This document shows positions 17,000 through 27,383 of a stretch of DNA of 64,000 nt, in pieces; position 1 is the stretch's first letter, and every line of letters begins with the position of its first letter. The stretch is from an uncultured virus (IMG/VR IMGVR_UViG_3300000227_000004) (lineage: Duplodnaviria; Heunggongvirae; Uroviricota; Caudoviricetes), in IMG/VR virus record IMGVR_UViG_3300000227_000004, positions 1-64,000 of that record; one strand, given 5' to 3'. Under the pieces are notes generated by a model. That model searched no databases and was not told where the DNA came from. It saw only the letters and a list, made by a program, of their open reading frames with translations. A program made the translations under genes and the position numbers.

Positions 17000-17923
17000 A
17001 TGAACTTTAATCATTTGACTATAATAGACAGCTATTTGGAAAAGACAGCGGCACCACCCGTTCCTATATCTCATCTAAGAAGATTTCTGACTTCTAATAC
17101 TACTAGGAATCAACTGCGGCGCGGCCTGACTCATGGAGGAGCCGGTGCCGGCATTGGTGCTCTTGGTGGCGCTGCTTTGGGTGGTCTGGGGGGCTTCGCT
17201 ATGCCTGATGGCGGCGGCTATGATATGTTTGGGCGGCCTATTAACGTAGGGCTATCTAGGCGCATCAGTAGTGGTCTACGCGGTGCCCTGCTTGGCGGCA
17301 TGGCTGGTGGTGCTTTAGGCGCCGGGGCTGGGGTGACACATAGTGTTTTGACCAACCCGGCGGCAGGTAAGTTCTACACACAGCTAAGCAACGCGGTAAG
17401 GGCCCCTTTCAAAAATGCTAAGTTTAAACCAAAAGGAGCGTCTGCCAACAATCCTACCGCCAAGCCTACCGATAAGGTGAGCAAAGAATTTGGTATTCCT
17501 AGTGATGGCACCAAAGAACCGCCAGTGAAGGAGCTAGGCAAAGGCAAAGGCAAAGGCAAAGGNACGCCGCCTGTGCAGGGGGACGGATACAATCCGTATG
17601 ATACCTCCTATCTTTATACGCAGCCCTACGTTCCTTCACAGCCCGCCTCAAATCCTGTATCAGGCGCGGCATCTGCCAATACCGTGACCAATAATCCAAG
17701 TATGTTGCGGCGGATAGCCACCAATCCATGGACTTGGGCATACGGCGGATTGATAGGCACGGGCCTCGCCCTGAGAGGTGTAAATGTTGCAAGGAATCCC
17801 TCACTTGCAGAGCCAATACAATCAAACAAACCTCAGCAAAAGATTCCCCAATCATTCAGGCATCCTGCTGACCCAAGACCGTACATGCCTATGCAAAACT
17901 ATAGATATCCAGGAGATTATTAA
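17000..17923 (+). CDS. Gly-zipper-rich probable virion protein
   Basis: EKTAA near N-terminus; Gly-zipper hairpin paralogous in layout to the previous gene. Confidence 0.7.
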   Translation: MNFNHLTIIDSYLEKTAAPPVPISHLRRFLTSNTTRNQLRRGLTHGGAGAGIGALGGAALGGLGGFAMPDGGGYDMFGRPINVGLSRRISSGLRGALLGGMAGGALGAGAGVTHSVLTNPAAGKFYTQLSNAVRAPFKNAKFKPKGASANNPTAKPTDKVSKEFGIPSDGTKEPPVKELGKGKGKGKXTPPVQGDGYNPYDTSYLYTQPYVPSQPASNPVSGAASANTVTNNPSMLRRIATNPWTWAYGGLIGTGLALRGVNVARNPSLAEPIQSNKPQQKIPQSFRHPADPRPYMPMQNYRYPGDY

Positions 17924-17925
17924 CC

Positions 17926-18186
17926 ATGTTTATTGATAGTAAAAATTTCAGTGTAAGTAAAATTGTAAAGATGGCGGCTGCTAAGCGACACAGAGAAAAA
18001 ACTGCCGGGAGTTTTCTAAGAATGCTGCCCTGGGTCGGGCTTCTAGGGGGAGCAGCATACGGTGCTGGAAGTTTAGCTGGTGGCGTTGGTGGTGCGTTTA
18101 AAGGTATGTTTTCTAACTTAGGCTTTAATTCAAATTTTGGCAAGGCGCCTACAGCACCCGCTCAGCCAGTAGCTAACAAAAAATAA
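17926..18186 (+). CDS. Small Gly-rich probable virion protein
   Basis: KMAA, EKTAG followed by a hydrophobic Gly-rich helix. Confidence 0.65.
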   Translation: MFIDSKNFSVSKIVKMAAAKRHREKTAGSFLRMLPWVGLLGGAAYGAGSLAGGVGGAFKGMFSNLGFNSNFGKAPTAPAQPVANKK

Positions 18187-18204
18187 CGAAGGCAGGTAAG
18201 TGAA

Positions 18205-20067
18205 ATGCTAGAAAGAGCTTTTGTAAACGACAACGTCGGCTACGAAATAGAGCTTCCGGAAGACACGTCAGTTTGGACTGGGGAGATTAATAAAATATTG
18301 TTCTCCACCTACCCAGAGTTGGCTTCTTTCCCCATAAAGCTCATCATAGATAAGTTCGAGCCCCAGAAGCTGTATGCCAAGGGCTCTTTCGTAGTAGATG
18401 CCTCGGGAAGTAGCTTAGTCATTCCAGTTTTAATTAAAAATAAAAAACTTCAGCCCTTTGATATTGCGCTACTCAATGGTAAGTGGAGATACATGAGCAA
18501 TAAACTAATTACCGACTTAATTAACGGAAGGCTAGACTTAGGAGTAGCTATGAATAACAAAGACAGTATTGATTTTTATGCCGCAGGACTAAGTAACAAT
18601 GTCCCGAATAACACTGGCACCCGGAACTTTAGAGAAATAACTGCGTCCGTGATAAGCCCCGATCAAAGAGAAGAGTTGGCCAGACGGATAACTACTGATA
18701 GCTGTATAAAAAGCGCCTGTGTCTCCAACCAAAATTTAGCAGCGACACTTACCTCTATACTAAGCAAGCAACCTTCCAGGTACAAATCAGCTTTCATTTC
18801 TAGAGATGGGTTCTTACATGGGCACATTTATCTCACTAAGAAGAACGGTGATCGGGAAAAGTTAGCAACTTCGTTTGCTGAGGCCAAGTCTTTTGTCAAA
18901 AAATATATGCCGGATAAATACGTAGATTTTATTAAAACCGGCAGCCTCTCTATTCTTGGAGATGACAGCGAAGACAGCATGCTCATGCCTGGCATTTCCG
19001 GCATTCTAAACAAAATTATGAAGAAAGTCTCGAATCCAGGCATGTTTTCATTTATGCACGGAGAGGGATTTAGTCCTGTGATGGTCATAAAAATAAAATC
19101 AGTTGGTAGTGGCGGTGGCGGTAAAGGCATGCTTGGGAAACTGCTCGGCCTGTCACACGGGGGTATGATGCACGATGTCGACGACGACACTGAGGCAGTT
19201 CCCATGAAAGGGGACTGCTCAAGCATATTGTCTAGCTTTGATAAAAAAAGCCCAGATGATCTGATACCAGATGACGATATTCTGATTAATAATTCAGGAG
19301 AATATTTAGAGCCAATAACAGTCCATAAAACTATGGACATGCCCATTGGCAAAGTCATAATAGGTGAAACTAAGCAGGGTGGAGACGCCTTTGTAGGTGT
19401 TATCCTGAGTAAATTAGATAGAAGTAAAACTGCATCTGATGCTGGTTTGCCTGAAGGAAACCGCGTTATATTATCACCTAATGCCGTGTTTTACAAAGTT
19501 GCCGAACCTTTGGAAGATAAATTTTTAACAAGCAAGCGAGCCTGCCTCTCGGAGCTGACTAGGAATGCTCAGCTTTTAACAGTGATAAACCGAGATGAAA
19601 ACACCGTAGCAATTAAGTGCGCCAAAGAGAATATCATTTGCCCGAAAAATACTATAGAGTATCAGCTCAATAGTTTTGGCATAAAGAAGGCTGACATTGC
19701 TGATGCGATTCCAATGCTCGAAGCAGACGGTAAAGTTGATTTTATCATACCGCTAAGAAACAAAGTTAAAATCTCTTCGGCACTTAAGGCTAAGATTAGT
19801 AAGATTGATTGGTTGAAAGTGGCATCTATAATGCCGACAGAGGAAACTATTGATTCTGCATTGGCATTAGATTACCTAGATGATAACACTACTGGCAGCT
19901 TTTATAAAGCGGTTCCTGTGTACAGAAACGCACTGGCCGAAATGGCCAAACTAATGGCAGGTGTTCGCTTGGGAAATAACTTAGTTTCCGAAGAAACTCT
20001 TAAGACTGCCATGGCCACCTTAGATGACTTAATTACTGAATTGACAGCTTACCGCGAAGGCATATAA
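18205..20067 (+). CDS. Large head-associated hypothetical protein
   Basis: 620-aa ORF upstream of terminase with many K-x-A motifs. Confidence 0.6.
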   Translation: MLERAFVNDNVGYEIELPEDTSVWTGEINKILFSTYPELASFPIKLIIDKFEPQKLYAKGSFVVDASGSSLVIPVLIKNKKLQPFDIALLNGKWRYMSNKLITDLINGRLDLGVAMNNKDSIDFYAAGLSNNVPNNTGTRNFREITASVISPDQREELARRITTDSCIKSACVSNQNLAATLTSILSKQPSRYKSAFISRDGFLHGHIYLTKKNGDREKLATSFAEAKSFVKKYMPDKYVDFIKTGSLSILGDDSEDSMLMPGISGILNKIMKKVSNPGMFSFMHGEGFSPVMVIKIKSVGSGGGGKGMLGKLLGLSHGGMMHDVDDDTEAVPMKGDCSSILSSFDKKSPDDLIPDDDILINNSGEYLEPITVHKTMDMPIGKVIIGETKQGGDAFVGVILSKLDRSKTASDAGLPEGNRVILSPNAVFYKVAEPLEDKFLTSKRACLSELTRNAQLLTVINRDENTVAIKCAKENIICPKNTIEYQLNSFGIKKADIADAIPMLEADGKVDFIIPLRNKVKISSALKAKISKIDWLKVASIMPTEETIDSALALDYLDDNTTGSFYKAVPVYRNALAEMAKLMAGVRLGNNLVSEETLKTAMATLDDLITELTAYREGI

Positions 20068-20076
20068 CATAACTCA

Positions 20077-20904
20077 ATGCTCAGGAAACCGCCATATAGG
20101 AGATACATCGTGGCGTCGCTGCTACGAGGTAAATCAATGAAAAGTATCTCCACATGCCTACAGTCTATGGGATTGATGGGAAGTGGAGGTGCTTCGGTAT
20201 TTAGTCAGTTAGCTACTGATGAATTACTGAAAGATGCGGCCCTGTTCGCTCGTAGTAATAAAGTAAAGCGACTGTCGCTTGGTGAAAAGTACGACGTTGG
20301 GGATTTTATTTTACATGATTTAGAAAAGACGGAAGTTTGGAACGAGTGCTGGGATCTTGCATCTGTTCGTAAGTATCGAGAGTACATTTTCATACTTGCC
20401 TCAATTCCTAACTACACACCCCTGGCCATCGCAGACATGTTCAATAAAAAGTTCAGTCGTAGTTTTTCTAAAGAAAGTTTCGATTTGCTTATAAATGCAT
20501 TTTGGTCAGTAACTGGACTGTCAACCTTAGATATAAAAAACGCAACAGATGCGTTGGCGTCAGACACACTTAAGACTGGTATAAACAAGTTGTTATTTGG
20601 GAATGCAACAGCGGCTGCCAAATCTGTTGGTGTGAGCTTAAAGTTAAACTATGCGCTAATCCTTGAAGAAATGCTATCAGATGCGTATCTAAAATACCAA
20701 GATGCAGTCTCCAAAAATTTAGACGCGGATACAATTAACAAGCTGGCCGTAGCGGTTATTCGTGTTGGTGATCGTATTGAGAAGATGAATAGAAAAGACA
20801 CTGATGTAAACACTTTACATGAATTACTGACAGAGCTTAAGTTAGAAGTTGCCAAGTCAAGCCCTAAGCTTTCTGACTTCTTAAAAACTAACGAGGTTAT
20901 TTAA
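20077..20904 (+). CDS. Hypothetical protein, candidate terminase small subunit
   Basis: Helical 275-aa ORF abutting the terminase large subunit; call from position only. Confidence 0.4.
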   Translation: MLRKPPYRRYIVASLLRGKSMKSISTCLQSMGLMGSGGASVFSQLATDELLKDAALFARSNKVKRLSLGEKYDVGDFILHDLEKTEVWNECWDLASVRKYREYIFILASIPNYTPLAIADMFNKKFSRSFSKESFDLLINAFWSVTGLSTLDIKNATDALASDTLKTGINKLLFGNATAAAKSVGVSLKLNYALILEEMLSDAYLKYQDAVSKNLDADTINKLAVAVIRVGDRIEKMNRKDTDVNTLHELLTELKLEVAKSSPKLSDFLKTNEVI

Positions 20905-22455
20905 ATGCTTAGGTCTGCCCTTGTAGAGAAGGTCTTTACCCTTAAAGGCAAGCCCTTTTCTTTCAGTAAGCGTGAAATGTTTAAATTGATCTACGACAAG
21001 CCTCAGAAAAACTCTGTGTATGTCATGGGTCGACAGATGGGTAAGTCAACAACGTTGGCGAATGAAATACTATTAGATGCGTTGCTAGTTCCCTGGTTTA
21101 CTACGCTATTTGTGACTCCCAGAGAAAAACAAACCCGGACGTTTTCAACTGATAAGCTACTCCCAGTAATAAAATATTCACATATTTTCAGAAAGCTAAT
21201 GATGGATGCTGATAGCGTATCTAACGTTTTTGATAGATCTTTCAGCAACAACTCTAAAATATTTTTAAGATACGCATACTTAAGTGCCGACTCTATTCGT
21301 GGTATTTCTGCCCACAAAGTCCTACTTGACGAAGTTCAGGATATTATATGGGATAACGTCGGTGTCATAGACGAAGTTCTGTCTGGTGCAGATCCAGAAC
21401 TTAGAAGGCGGGCCTATGCAGGAACACCAAAGACTATTAATAATACTCTTAACCGACTTTTTCAAAAAAGCACCAAGCACGAATACGTCGTCAAGTGCTC
21501 GGGATGCAATTCCTGGAATATACTCGGCATTGAAAACGTTGGTCGGCATGGAGTAGTTTGTAAAAAATGTGACAAACTACTTGGTCCACCATTCGAAGGT
21601 ATGTGGGTTGCGACTAACGACAGCCCAGAAGCACAAAGGTTGTTCGGGGCCAGGCTGCCGCAGTTATTATCGCCTGTAGTAGACTGGGAGGAAATGTGGG
21701 ATAAATTTAACTCGTATCCTACTTATCAATTCTACAATGAAGTCTTGGCGCTGCCATACGATGTCGGTGCCAACCCAATATCAGAATTAGATTTGATTAA
21801 CGCCTGCTCAGACGCACCTAACTCATTACCCGCAACCGGCTCAATACAGCCAGGGGCCTTAGCGCTAGGTATAGATTGGGGGCATGGAGACGCTTCTCTA
21901 GGGAGTGCGAAGGGATTTTTACCCACAGGATATACCGTGGTTACATTAGCCCGCTATTATTCGGATAGAAAATTCAAGCTTATCTGGATAAAAAAATATT
22001 CTGGAAAAGAAAGCGATCCGAGAGTACAAGTCCGGGATGTGGCTAGGCTAGCTCGGCTGTATAGAGTCAACATAGTTGGTGCTGACCATGGTGCCGGTTT
22101 TTATCACAACACTGAGCTTAAAGATATGTTAGAGAACATACCTCTGGTGGAGTTTAACGCGTCTGGAAACGTTAAAGAGAAAATAAAATGGGATCCAGAA
22201 ATTGATGATAGTCGTATTACTTTCCACAGAACTCGCTGCATGTCTGAGTTTATTCATGAACTGAAAAACGGCGAAATAGAGCTGCCGAGATGGGAAGACT
22301 TTAAAGCTTTTTCAGAAGACTTTACTACTATATATGTAGACTTCTCCAGGAGTGGCAGTATGTTTTATAATCATGTTTTGCCAGATGACGCTTTTCATGC
22401 TACTATGATTGGTAGGTTGGCTGGGCAATTTTACACGCATTATATGCGAAGTTGA
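20905..22455 (+). CDS. terL: Terminase large subunit
   Basis: Walker A GRQMGKST, Walker B LLDEVQD, GTPK coupling motif, CxxC...CxxC insert, nuclease GIDWG and PDDAFHA. Confidence 0.92.
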   Translation: MLRSALVEKVFTLKGKPFSFSKREMFKLIYDKPQKNSVYVMGRQMGKSTTLANEILLDALLVPWFTTLFVTPREKQTRTFSTDKLLPVIKYSHIFRKLMMDADSVSNVFDRSFSNNSKIFLRYAYLSADSIRGISAHKVLLDEVQDIIWDNVGVIDEVLSGADPELRRRAYAGTPKTINNTLNRLFQKSTKHEYVVKCSGCNSWNILGIENVGRHGVVCKKCDKLLGPPFEGMWVATNDSPEAQRLFGARLPQLLSPVVDWEEMWDKFNSYPTYQFYNEVLALPYDVGANPISELDLINACSDAPNSLPATGSIQPGALALGIDWGHGDASLGSAKGFLPTGYTVVTLARYYSDRKFKLIWIKKYSGKESDPRVQVRDVARLARLYRVNIVGADHGAGFYHNTELKDMLENIPLVEFNASGNVKEKIKWDPEIDDSRITFHRTRCMSEFIHELKNGEIELPRWEDFKAFSEDFTTIYVDFSRSGSMFYNHVLPDDAFHATMIGRLAGQFYTHYMRS

Positions 22456-22480
22456 CTATTGCCGTGTTAGTATGTATATC
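22452..22480 (+). promoter_or_regulatory. Promoter TTGACT-N17-TATATC
   Basis: At the terminase stop, upstream of the head gene cluster. Confidence 0.55.
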
Positions 22481-22521
22481 TTATTAGAACTGTAAACCTG
22501 TAATAGTCCGGGAGAATAGCA

Positions 22522-23514
22522 ATGAATGATAAGCTTTTTAAAGATTTAGGAAAAGAGGCTTCTAAAGCATTTTTAGATAATCTCACTCCTATGAATGAGA
22601 CAATTACGAAAATGGCTCAGGAACGCGGGCTTAACCAGGAACAGATTGCTCGCGTATGTGAGAATGCGAACTTAAGTACTTATAGTACAAAAATGGCTGG
22701 TGCTACAGATCGTAAGTTCGAATTTGAGCTGGCAGATAAGGCTAAAATATTTAAAAATCTGGCCATGCAGGAGCCTGTAAAGCCAGTTAAGACTGCGCAT
22801 TCTAAAGATGCAGATTATTTTGTTAAGACTGCAACAATCAGTAACGACTCCACTGTCTTTGCTCCCGAGTATGACACTGATGGGAGGTTCTTAGCTAGTT
22901 TGTCCGATGAATCTTCAGAAGACATCGTAATCAAAGTAGCTGACGCTACTCCAGCACTAGATAAAGAAGGGCATAAGAAGCGCTTCGCAACGCAGAAGGA
23001 CTTTGTGCTTAGAAACAAAATTGCTGCGGCAAAGGAGAGCTTAGAGGCAGAATTAATGCTCACTTACGTTAAACTTTCCAGTGCAATCGATAAAGCAGTA
23101 GAACTCATAAAGCAGGCAGCCTTAAATGAAAATCCTTTTCTCATATGGCGTGAGTATGACAACAGTGATAAATCTGAAATTGCAGATAAAATATTTGTAA
23201 AGGCCGCCAAAGATATCTCTGCCTTCTCTAACAAACGAGCCACTGAGCTTTTACTCGAAGCTAAAAACTCGGTGATCCCACAACACGACGACTATATCTT
23301 AGAGCGGAAAGTAAAGATCGTAGGCAGGGATCCGATAATTAAACAAATTGATGCGATAAGCAACTTTAAGAAAATCATAGACAAAATTGAAGACTTTAAG
23401 AGTAATGGCGGTGTTTACGAACGAAGCTCTACCCCAGATCCTGGGGTTGCTCACACTTCTGATGAGGGCGTCCCCGCGTTAGACTATTATAAAAAGCTTA
23501 TCGCTGGGGAGTAG
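22522..23514 (+). CDS. Head morphogenesis/internal protein
   Basis: About ten K-x-A motifs; between terminase and protease. Confidence 0.55.
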   Translation: MNDKLFKDLGKEASKAFLDNLTPMNETITKMAQERGLNQEQIARVCENANLSTYSTKMAGATDRKFEFELADKAKIFKNLAMQEPVKPVKTAHSKDADYFVKTATISNDSTVFAPEYDTDGRFLASLSDESSEDIVIKVADATPALDKEGHKKRFATQKDFVLRNKIAAAKESLEAELMLTYVKLSSAIDKAVELIKQAALNENPFLIWREYDNSDKSEIADKIFVKAAKDISAFSNKRATELLLEAKNSVIPQHDDYILERKVKIVGRDPIIKQIDAISNFKKIIDKIEDFKSNGGVYERSSTPDPGVAHTSDEGVPALDYYKKLIAGE

Positions 23515-23516
23515 TC

Positions 23517-24218
23517 ATGAGGACTAAGCATAGTAGTTGGGCGCCAGTATTAAAAGAGCTAGGCTTTGCATCCGCGTTTGCAGGGCTGCTAGGGCCTTCT
23601 GTCTTTACCAGCGTTCTATCTCCCGGTGACTCCCCTGGAATGAAGCCGTTAAACTTAAACCCTAGAGTAGGACTAGGCCAGAACAAGATGGACGATTTTG
23701 CCAATCGACTCAATACTAGCCCTCTTTATAAAAAATCATCTGTCGGAGGTAATATGAATCACACTGAGATAGTTAGAAAATTTAGAGAAAAGAGAGCTGC
23801 CGGTGGGGGAACTTTCCTAGGGGGCATGCTCAAGGAAGTGGCTAAGCCAAGTCTCCAGACAGTCTTATTTGGTCTGGGCGCGGGTGCCTTGGCCTCTAAC
23901 TTATACAGCAGATACCAGGATAACGCGAAATCAGAAGCCGCGTATAAAGACATGTTTGTTAAGTTCCCGGAGTTGCAGGAAGTAGACCAAAATAAAATTA
24001 ACGACTACTGGGGTTTAATGCAGGAATACGCACCGTCGATGACGAGAAATCCCTTAGTGGCAGGTCAGTTTATTAAGAACATGGTAGACTATAATCTCAA
24101 AGGCGTCGATTTCCCGACACTTAAGAGCGTGCTAGACATAGAGCTTGCCGCCAACAAACGCAGAGACGACATCATGTCTACTATTGTGAAGAGCGTAGGC
24201 GGAAAGATTGATGAGTAA
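23517..24218 (+). CDS. Probable virion protein with hydrophobic segments
   Basis: EKRAAG motif; internal in-frame GGAGGT+ATG at 23754. Confidence 0.6.
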   Translation: MRTKHSSWAPVLKELGFASAFAGLLGPSVFTSVLSPGDSPGMKPLNLNPRVGLGQNKMDDFANRLNTSPLYKKSSVGGNMNHTEIVRKFREKRAAGGGTFLGGMLKEVAKPSLQTVLFGLGAGALASNLYSRYQDNAKSEAAYKDMFVKFPELQEVDQNKINDYWGLMQEYAPSMTRNPLVAGQFIKNMVDYNLKGVDFPTLKSVLDIELAANKRRDDIMSTIVKSVGGKIDE

Positions 24219-25639
24219 TGGATAAGTTACTAAGTTATTCTTCGGAAGATGCTAATAATAAGTATCTATATACTCTTAGGATGGCTGGCGGCCCTTTGAC
24301 TAAGCTGGCCGCCGCCTCTGAGTGGCCTCCAGAAGTTACAGACTTTATAAATAAGTTAGTGCCCAAAGAGCACTGCCATTACTCTTTGTGTAACGCCTTA
24401 GGTGCGGGTGAGTACTGGTCATCTAACGTAAACGGAGATTTTTTTGAGCAGGATGAGCTGATAGAGCATCACCCATCGTTCTTGTCCGGAACACCATTTA
24501 TGCATCACATAAATAAGGATCCGAGCAAGGGCTACGGTAAAATTCACTTCTCGGCATATAATCCTAGAATGAATCGTGTAGAACTGGTCGTAGAGTATGA
24601 CACGACTAAACTGCCTAAAGATATTGTTTCTAAGCTAGAGAAAGATGAGTTAGTGAGCCTGTCTATGGGGTGTCGAGTGCCCTACGATGTGTGCTCCATT
24701 TGTGGAAATAAGGCCCTAACGCCCAAAGACTACTGTGAGCACGTAACTAAGAACGGGCTTAACTATGTTTACCCAGATGGTCGAAAAGTATTTGTGTATA
24801 ATCCTGATCCGGATTTTTTCGACATATCTATTGTAGTAGTCCCTGCAGATAAGACAGCCTGTATTTTAGCAAAGATTTTTGGGGCCACTAAAGTAGCCAA
24901 GATCTCAGATCCATTAAGGGGTTTCAGAGATTTAGTTATTCCTTCAAGTGTCAAGGCTGCCATGGTCAAAGAGGCGGCCGAGAAGGAGAGCGAGCTTGCA
25001 CCTCCAGACACCCTGAAGAATCTTTCTTTTAAAGAAATAGTAAAAATAGCGGCTGATACTAAAACCGCAAAAGGGCTGGCCGATTCTATAAAAGTAAGCA
25101 ATGCTTACTTTAAGCCCAACGAAATACAGGCGATTTTATTTTCTCAACTGGGGCTAACTAAGATAGCCAAAGTGCTGCTTGAGAACAACGCCTACATAGA
25201 AGCTGCACGCAACGTAATTACTGATCTTGGACCAGATGGCAAGGCTGTGAAGCTAGCAGGATTGACACCAAACGCAAGGGCTATTCTGGCTGCCAATAAC
25301 GTCAGTCCAGAAGTCCTTCAGAGCATTAGCCTGGAAGAAGATGTCAACTCTGTTTTTGGCATAACGCCAGAAATGCTGGATGAAATCGCCCGTGTAGCTA
25401 TGCTGTCTGGTACAGTTGGTGCTGCTATGTCCGGCGGTAGTATGAACTTGGCGGCCCTAGGTATGGGAAGCAGTGTGGCGGCAAGGTACTTAAGGTCTGC
25501 GCCCAGTGGTGAAAGTGAGATACTTCACCAAATCCGGCAGAATCGGGATTTGAACATAGCACCTTTGATTAGATCCAAAAGAGCGAGTGTAGACTTGACT
25601 TTACGGGAAATATATTCTATACCTTTTATGTGCCGATGA
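24218..25639 (+). CDS. Prohead (capsid maturation) protease
   Basis: N.NGDFF, FMHH, SLSMGC.V..DVCSICGN..YCEH, FFDISIVVVPAD motifs of HK97-type proteases with a Zn-binding insert. Confidence 0.75.
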   Translation: MDKLLSYSSEDANNKYLYTLRMAGGPLTKLAAASEWPPEVTDFINKLVPKEHCHYSLCNALGAGEYWSSNVNGDFFEQDELIEHHPSFLSGTPFMHHINKDPSKGYGKIHFSAYNPRMNRVELVVEYDTTKLPKDIVSKLEKDELVSLSMGCRVPYDVCSICGNKALTPKDYCEHVTKNGLNYVYPDGRKVFVYNPDPDFFDISIVVVPADKTACILAKIFGATKVAKISDPLRGFRDLVIPSSVKAAMVKEAAEKESELAPPDTLKNLSFKEIVKIAADTKTAKGLADSIKVSNAYFKPNEIQAILFSQLGLTKIAKVLLENNAYIEAARNVITDLGPDGKAVKLAGLTPNARAILAANNVSPEVLQSISLEEDVNSVFGITPEMLDEIARVAMLSGTVGAAMSGGSMNLAALGMGSSVAARYLRSAPSGESEILHQIRQNRDLNIAPLIRSKRASVDLTLREIYSIPFMCR

Positions 25640-25663
25640 GTGACAAAATAATCTGAGTTAGTA

Positions 25664-25692
25664 TTGACTATTTTTAGCCAATTAACTATAAA
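25664..25692 (+). promoter_or_regulatory. Promoter TTGACT-N17-TATAAA
   Basis: Intergenic, upstream of scaffold/capsid genes. Confidence 0.65.
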
Positions 25693-25712
25693 CTTTTGAA
25701 AAGGAGTTAAGA

Positions 25713-26495
25713 GTGATGGGTAGTACATCAGAATCTCTAATTCAAGATATCTTGAATTTGAAGAACAAAGGTAAAGAAAAAACTGCCGCCATCTCTAAAA
25801 GCGACATTCTTGCTGAGACTCTTCTTAAGCTAGCCGAAGAAATGGAAGGCGAAGAAGAAAAAGAAGAAGAAGAAGAAGAAGGCGAAGAGAAAAGCGAAGA
25901 GAAGAAGGATGAAGGTGAGGAAGAGAAGGGCGACTCTAGTACTGAGGACATCGTTGCTGCAGCTCTTGCTGAGCTTGACAATACCAAAGAAGCAAATTTA
26001 CGAGGAGAAACTAACGTGAGTAAAATTGATTATGCAAAACTCGCAAAAGAAATTGTAAAGCAAGCCGTTGACGGCACTGGTGTTTACGGTCTAGATGCAG
26101 ACATGACTGCCTCTCCCAAGGCCGATCCTGGTGTAGTATCCAGCGAAGCTAAAGCCCTGGCCGACAAACAGACCAGCACTACCTCCGCTAATGATCCGAG
26201 CATGGGCGTTAAAGGCCCCGTAGACCCGATGATGGGTGCTGCTCCTCAGTCACAGGGCGGTGACGAAACCCCCCTCACTCCTGGCGAAATTAAACAGGCA
26301 GTTGCTAAAATGAGTGACGAAGATGCCGTCCTGTTCTTCAAACTTGCACAGGTTGGTTATGACGTTTCCGTAGACGTTATGTCCGATGAGCTCGTGGAAA
26401 AGCAGGCCATGGCCCAAGTTGTGGAAAAAGCTGAGCGCATTAAAGCTGCCGAAGCTTATAATTACTTAGTCTCTCGCGGGATTCGCCCGTTTTAA
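25713..26495 (+). CDS. Acidic scaffold-like head protein
   Basis: Poly-Glu tract, eight K-x-A motifs, between protease and capsid genes. Confidence 0.6.
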   Translation: MMGSTSESLIQDILNLKNKGKEKTAAISKSDILAETLLKLAEEMEGEEEKEEEEEEGEEKSEEKKDEGEEEKGDSSTEDIVAAALAELDNTKEANLRGETNVSKIDYAKLAKEIVKQAVDGTGVYGLDADMTASPKADPGVVSSEAKALADKQTSTTSANDPSMGVKGPVDPMMGAAPQSQGGDETPLTPGEIKQAVAKMSDEDAVLFFKLAQVGYDVSVDVMSDELVEKQAMAQVVEKAERIKAAEAYNYLVSRGIRPF

Positions 26496-26515
26496 TCTTA
26501 CTTAGGAGATGACAG

Positions 26516-26893
26516 ATGCCTATCAGCAAAAAGGAAATGGCTAAAATTTTGAAGCTCGCTGCTAAAAAAATTGAAGCATCCGATGCATTGCGAAAGAAAG
26601 CAGAAGCTGAGGCTGAATCTCTTAAAGTAAAAATCTCTGAAAACGAAAGAATGGCTAGGGCAAGGAAGATAGCCACTAAGTTAGTTGTAGGAGATGACGT
26701 CCGTAAAGAAATCGACGAGAAGACCAGCAAAATGGCTTCTCAAGATATGGACGTGGTAGAGAAGGCCTTAGAACTTGGAAGAAACGAAGCTGTCCTTAAA
26801 ATCGGAGAAGCTTTGATCTCTTCACAGAAATCAGGTAACAGTGAGGGTCCCAAGGGTAATCCCCTGGTGGACTACTTAGTCACATTAATGTAA
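26516..26893 (+). CDS. Coiled-coil scaffold-like protein
   Basis: SD AGGAG; helical; K-x-A motifs. Confidence 0.55.
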   Translation: MPISKKEMAKILKLAAKKIEASDALRKKAEAEAESLKVKISENERMARARKIATKLVVGDDVRKEIDEKTSKMASQDMDVVEKALELGRNEAVLKIGEALISSQKSGNSEGPKGNPLVDYLVTLM

Positions 26894-26913
26894 ATCAGGA
26901 GGAATTATCCCAA

Positions 26914-27369
26914 ATGCTTAGAGAAAAACGCACCAAGCATGTGGAATACCGCGGTGTAAGACTCGCTAATCTAGCGGCCGGCCTAACCGTTCCAGACGGA
27001 AGCCTTATCGTGCCGATGGGTGTAGAGGGCGGCGAAGTTACTTTCGGTGTTCCTGACCCTTTCAGCTCAGACGCGGCATATGTCGCACAGGCAAAGCCTG
27101 TATTTTCAGAAGCCGGCAAGTATGATACCGAAGAAACCGGCAAAACCGTAGTCCTGGAAGGTGCGATTGAATTCGAAACCGACCAGTATATTATGGCTGA
27201 CGAAGCCTCAATGCTGTTTGGTGTGCCGCTCACCGCCAAAAAAGATGCCGCCGACGGTTTCTTGAAATACGGCGTAGCCGCTGGTGTTAACCAGGTTATC
27301 GGCAGAGTCGCCATGTCACCAGCTGATCATCCAGAAGGCAGACTCGTAGTAGCTGCCGTAATCAGATAA
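26914..27369 (+). CDS. Probable head decoration/cement protein
   Basis: Small beta-rich protein immediately upstream of the major capsid gene; SD AGGAGG. Confidence 0.5.
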   Translation: MLREKRTKHVEYRGVRLANLAAGLTVPDGSLIVPMGVEGGEVTFGVPDPFSSDAAYVAQAKPVFSEAGKYDTEETGKTVVLEGAIEFETDQYIMADEASMLFGVPLTAKKDAADGFLKYGVAAGVNQVIGRVAMSPADHPEGRLVVAAVIR

Positions 27370-27383
27370 GGAGAAACTGACAT

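Noticed and set aside
4886..17563. Ambiguous bases (n at 4886 and 17563) as programmed variable sites
   Set aside because: Single undetermined bases with preserved frames; more likely assembly ambiguity.
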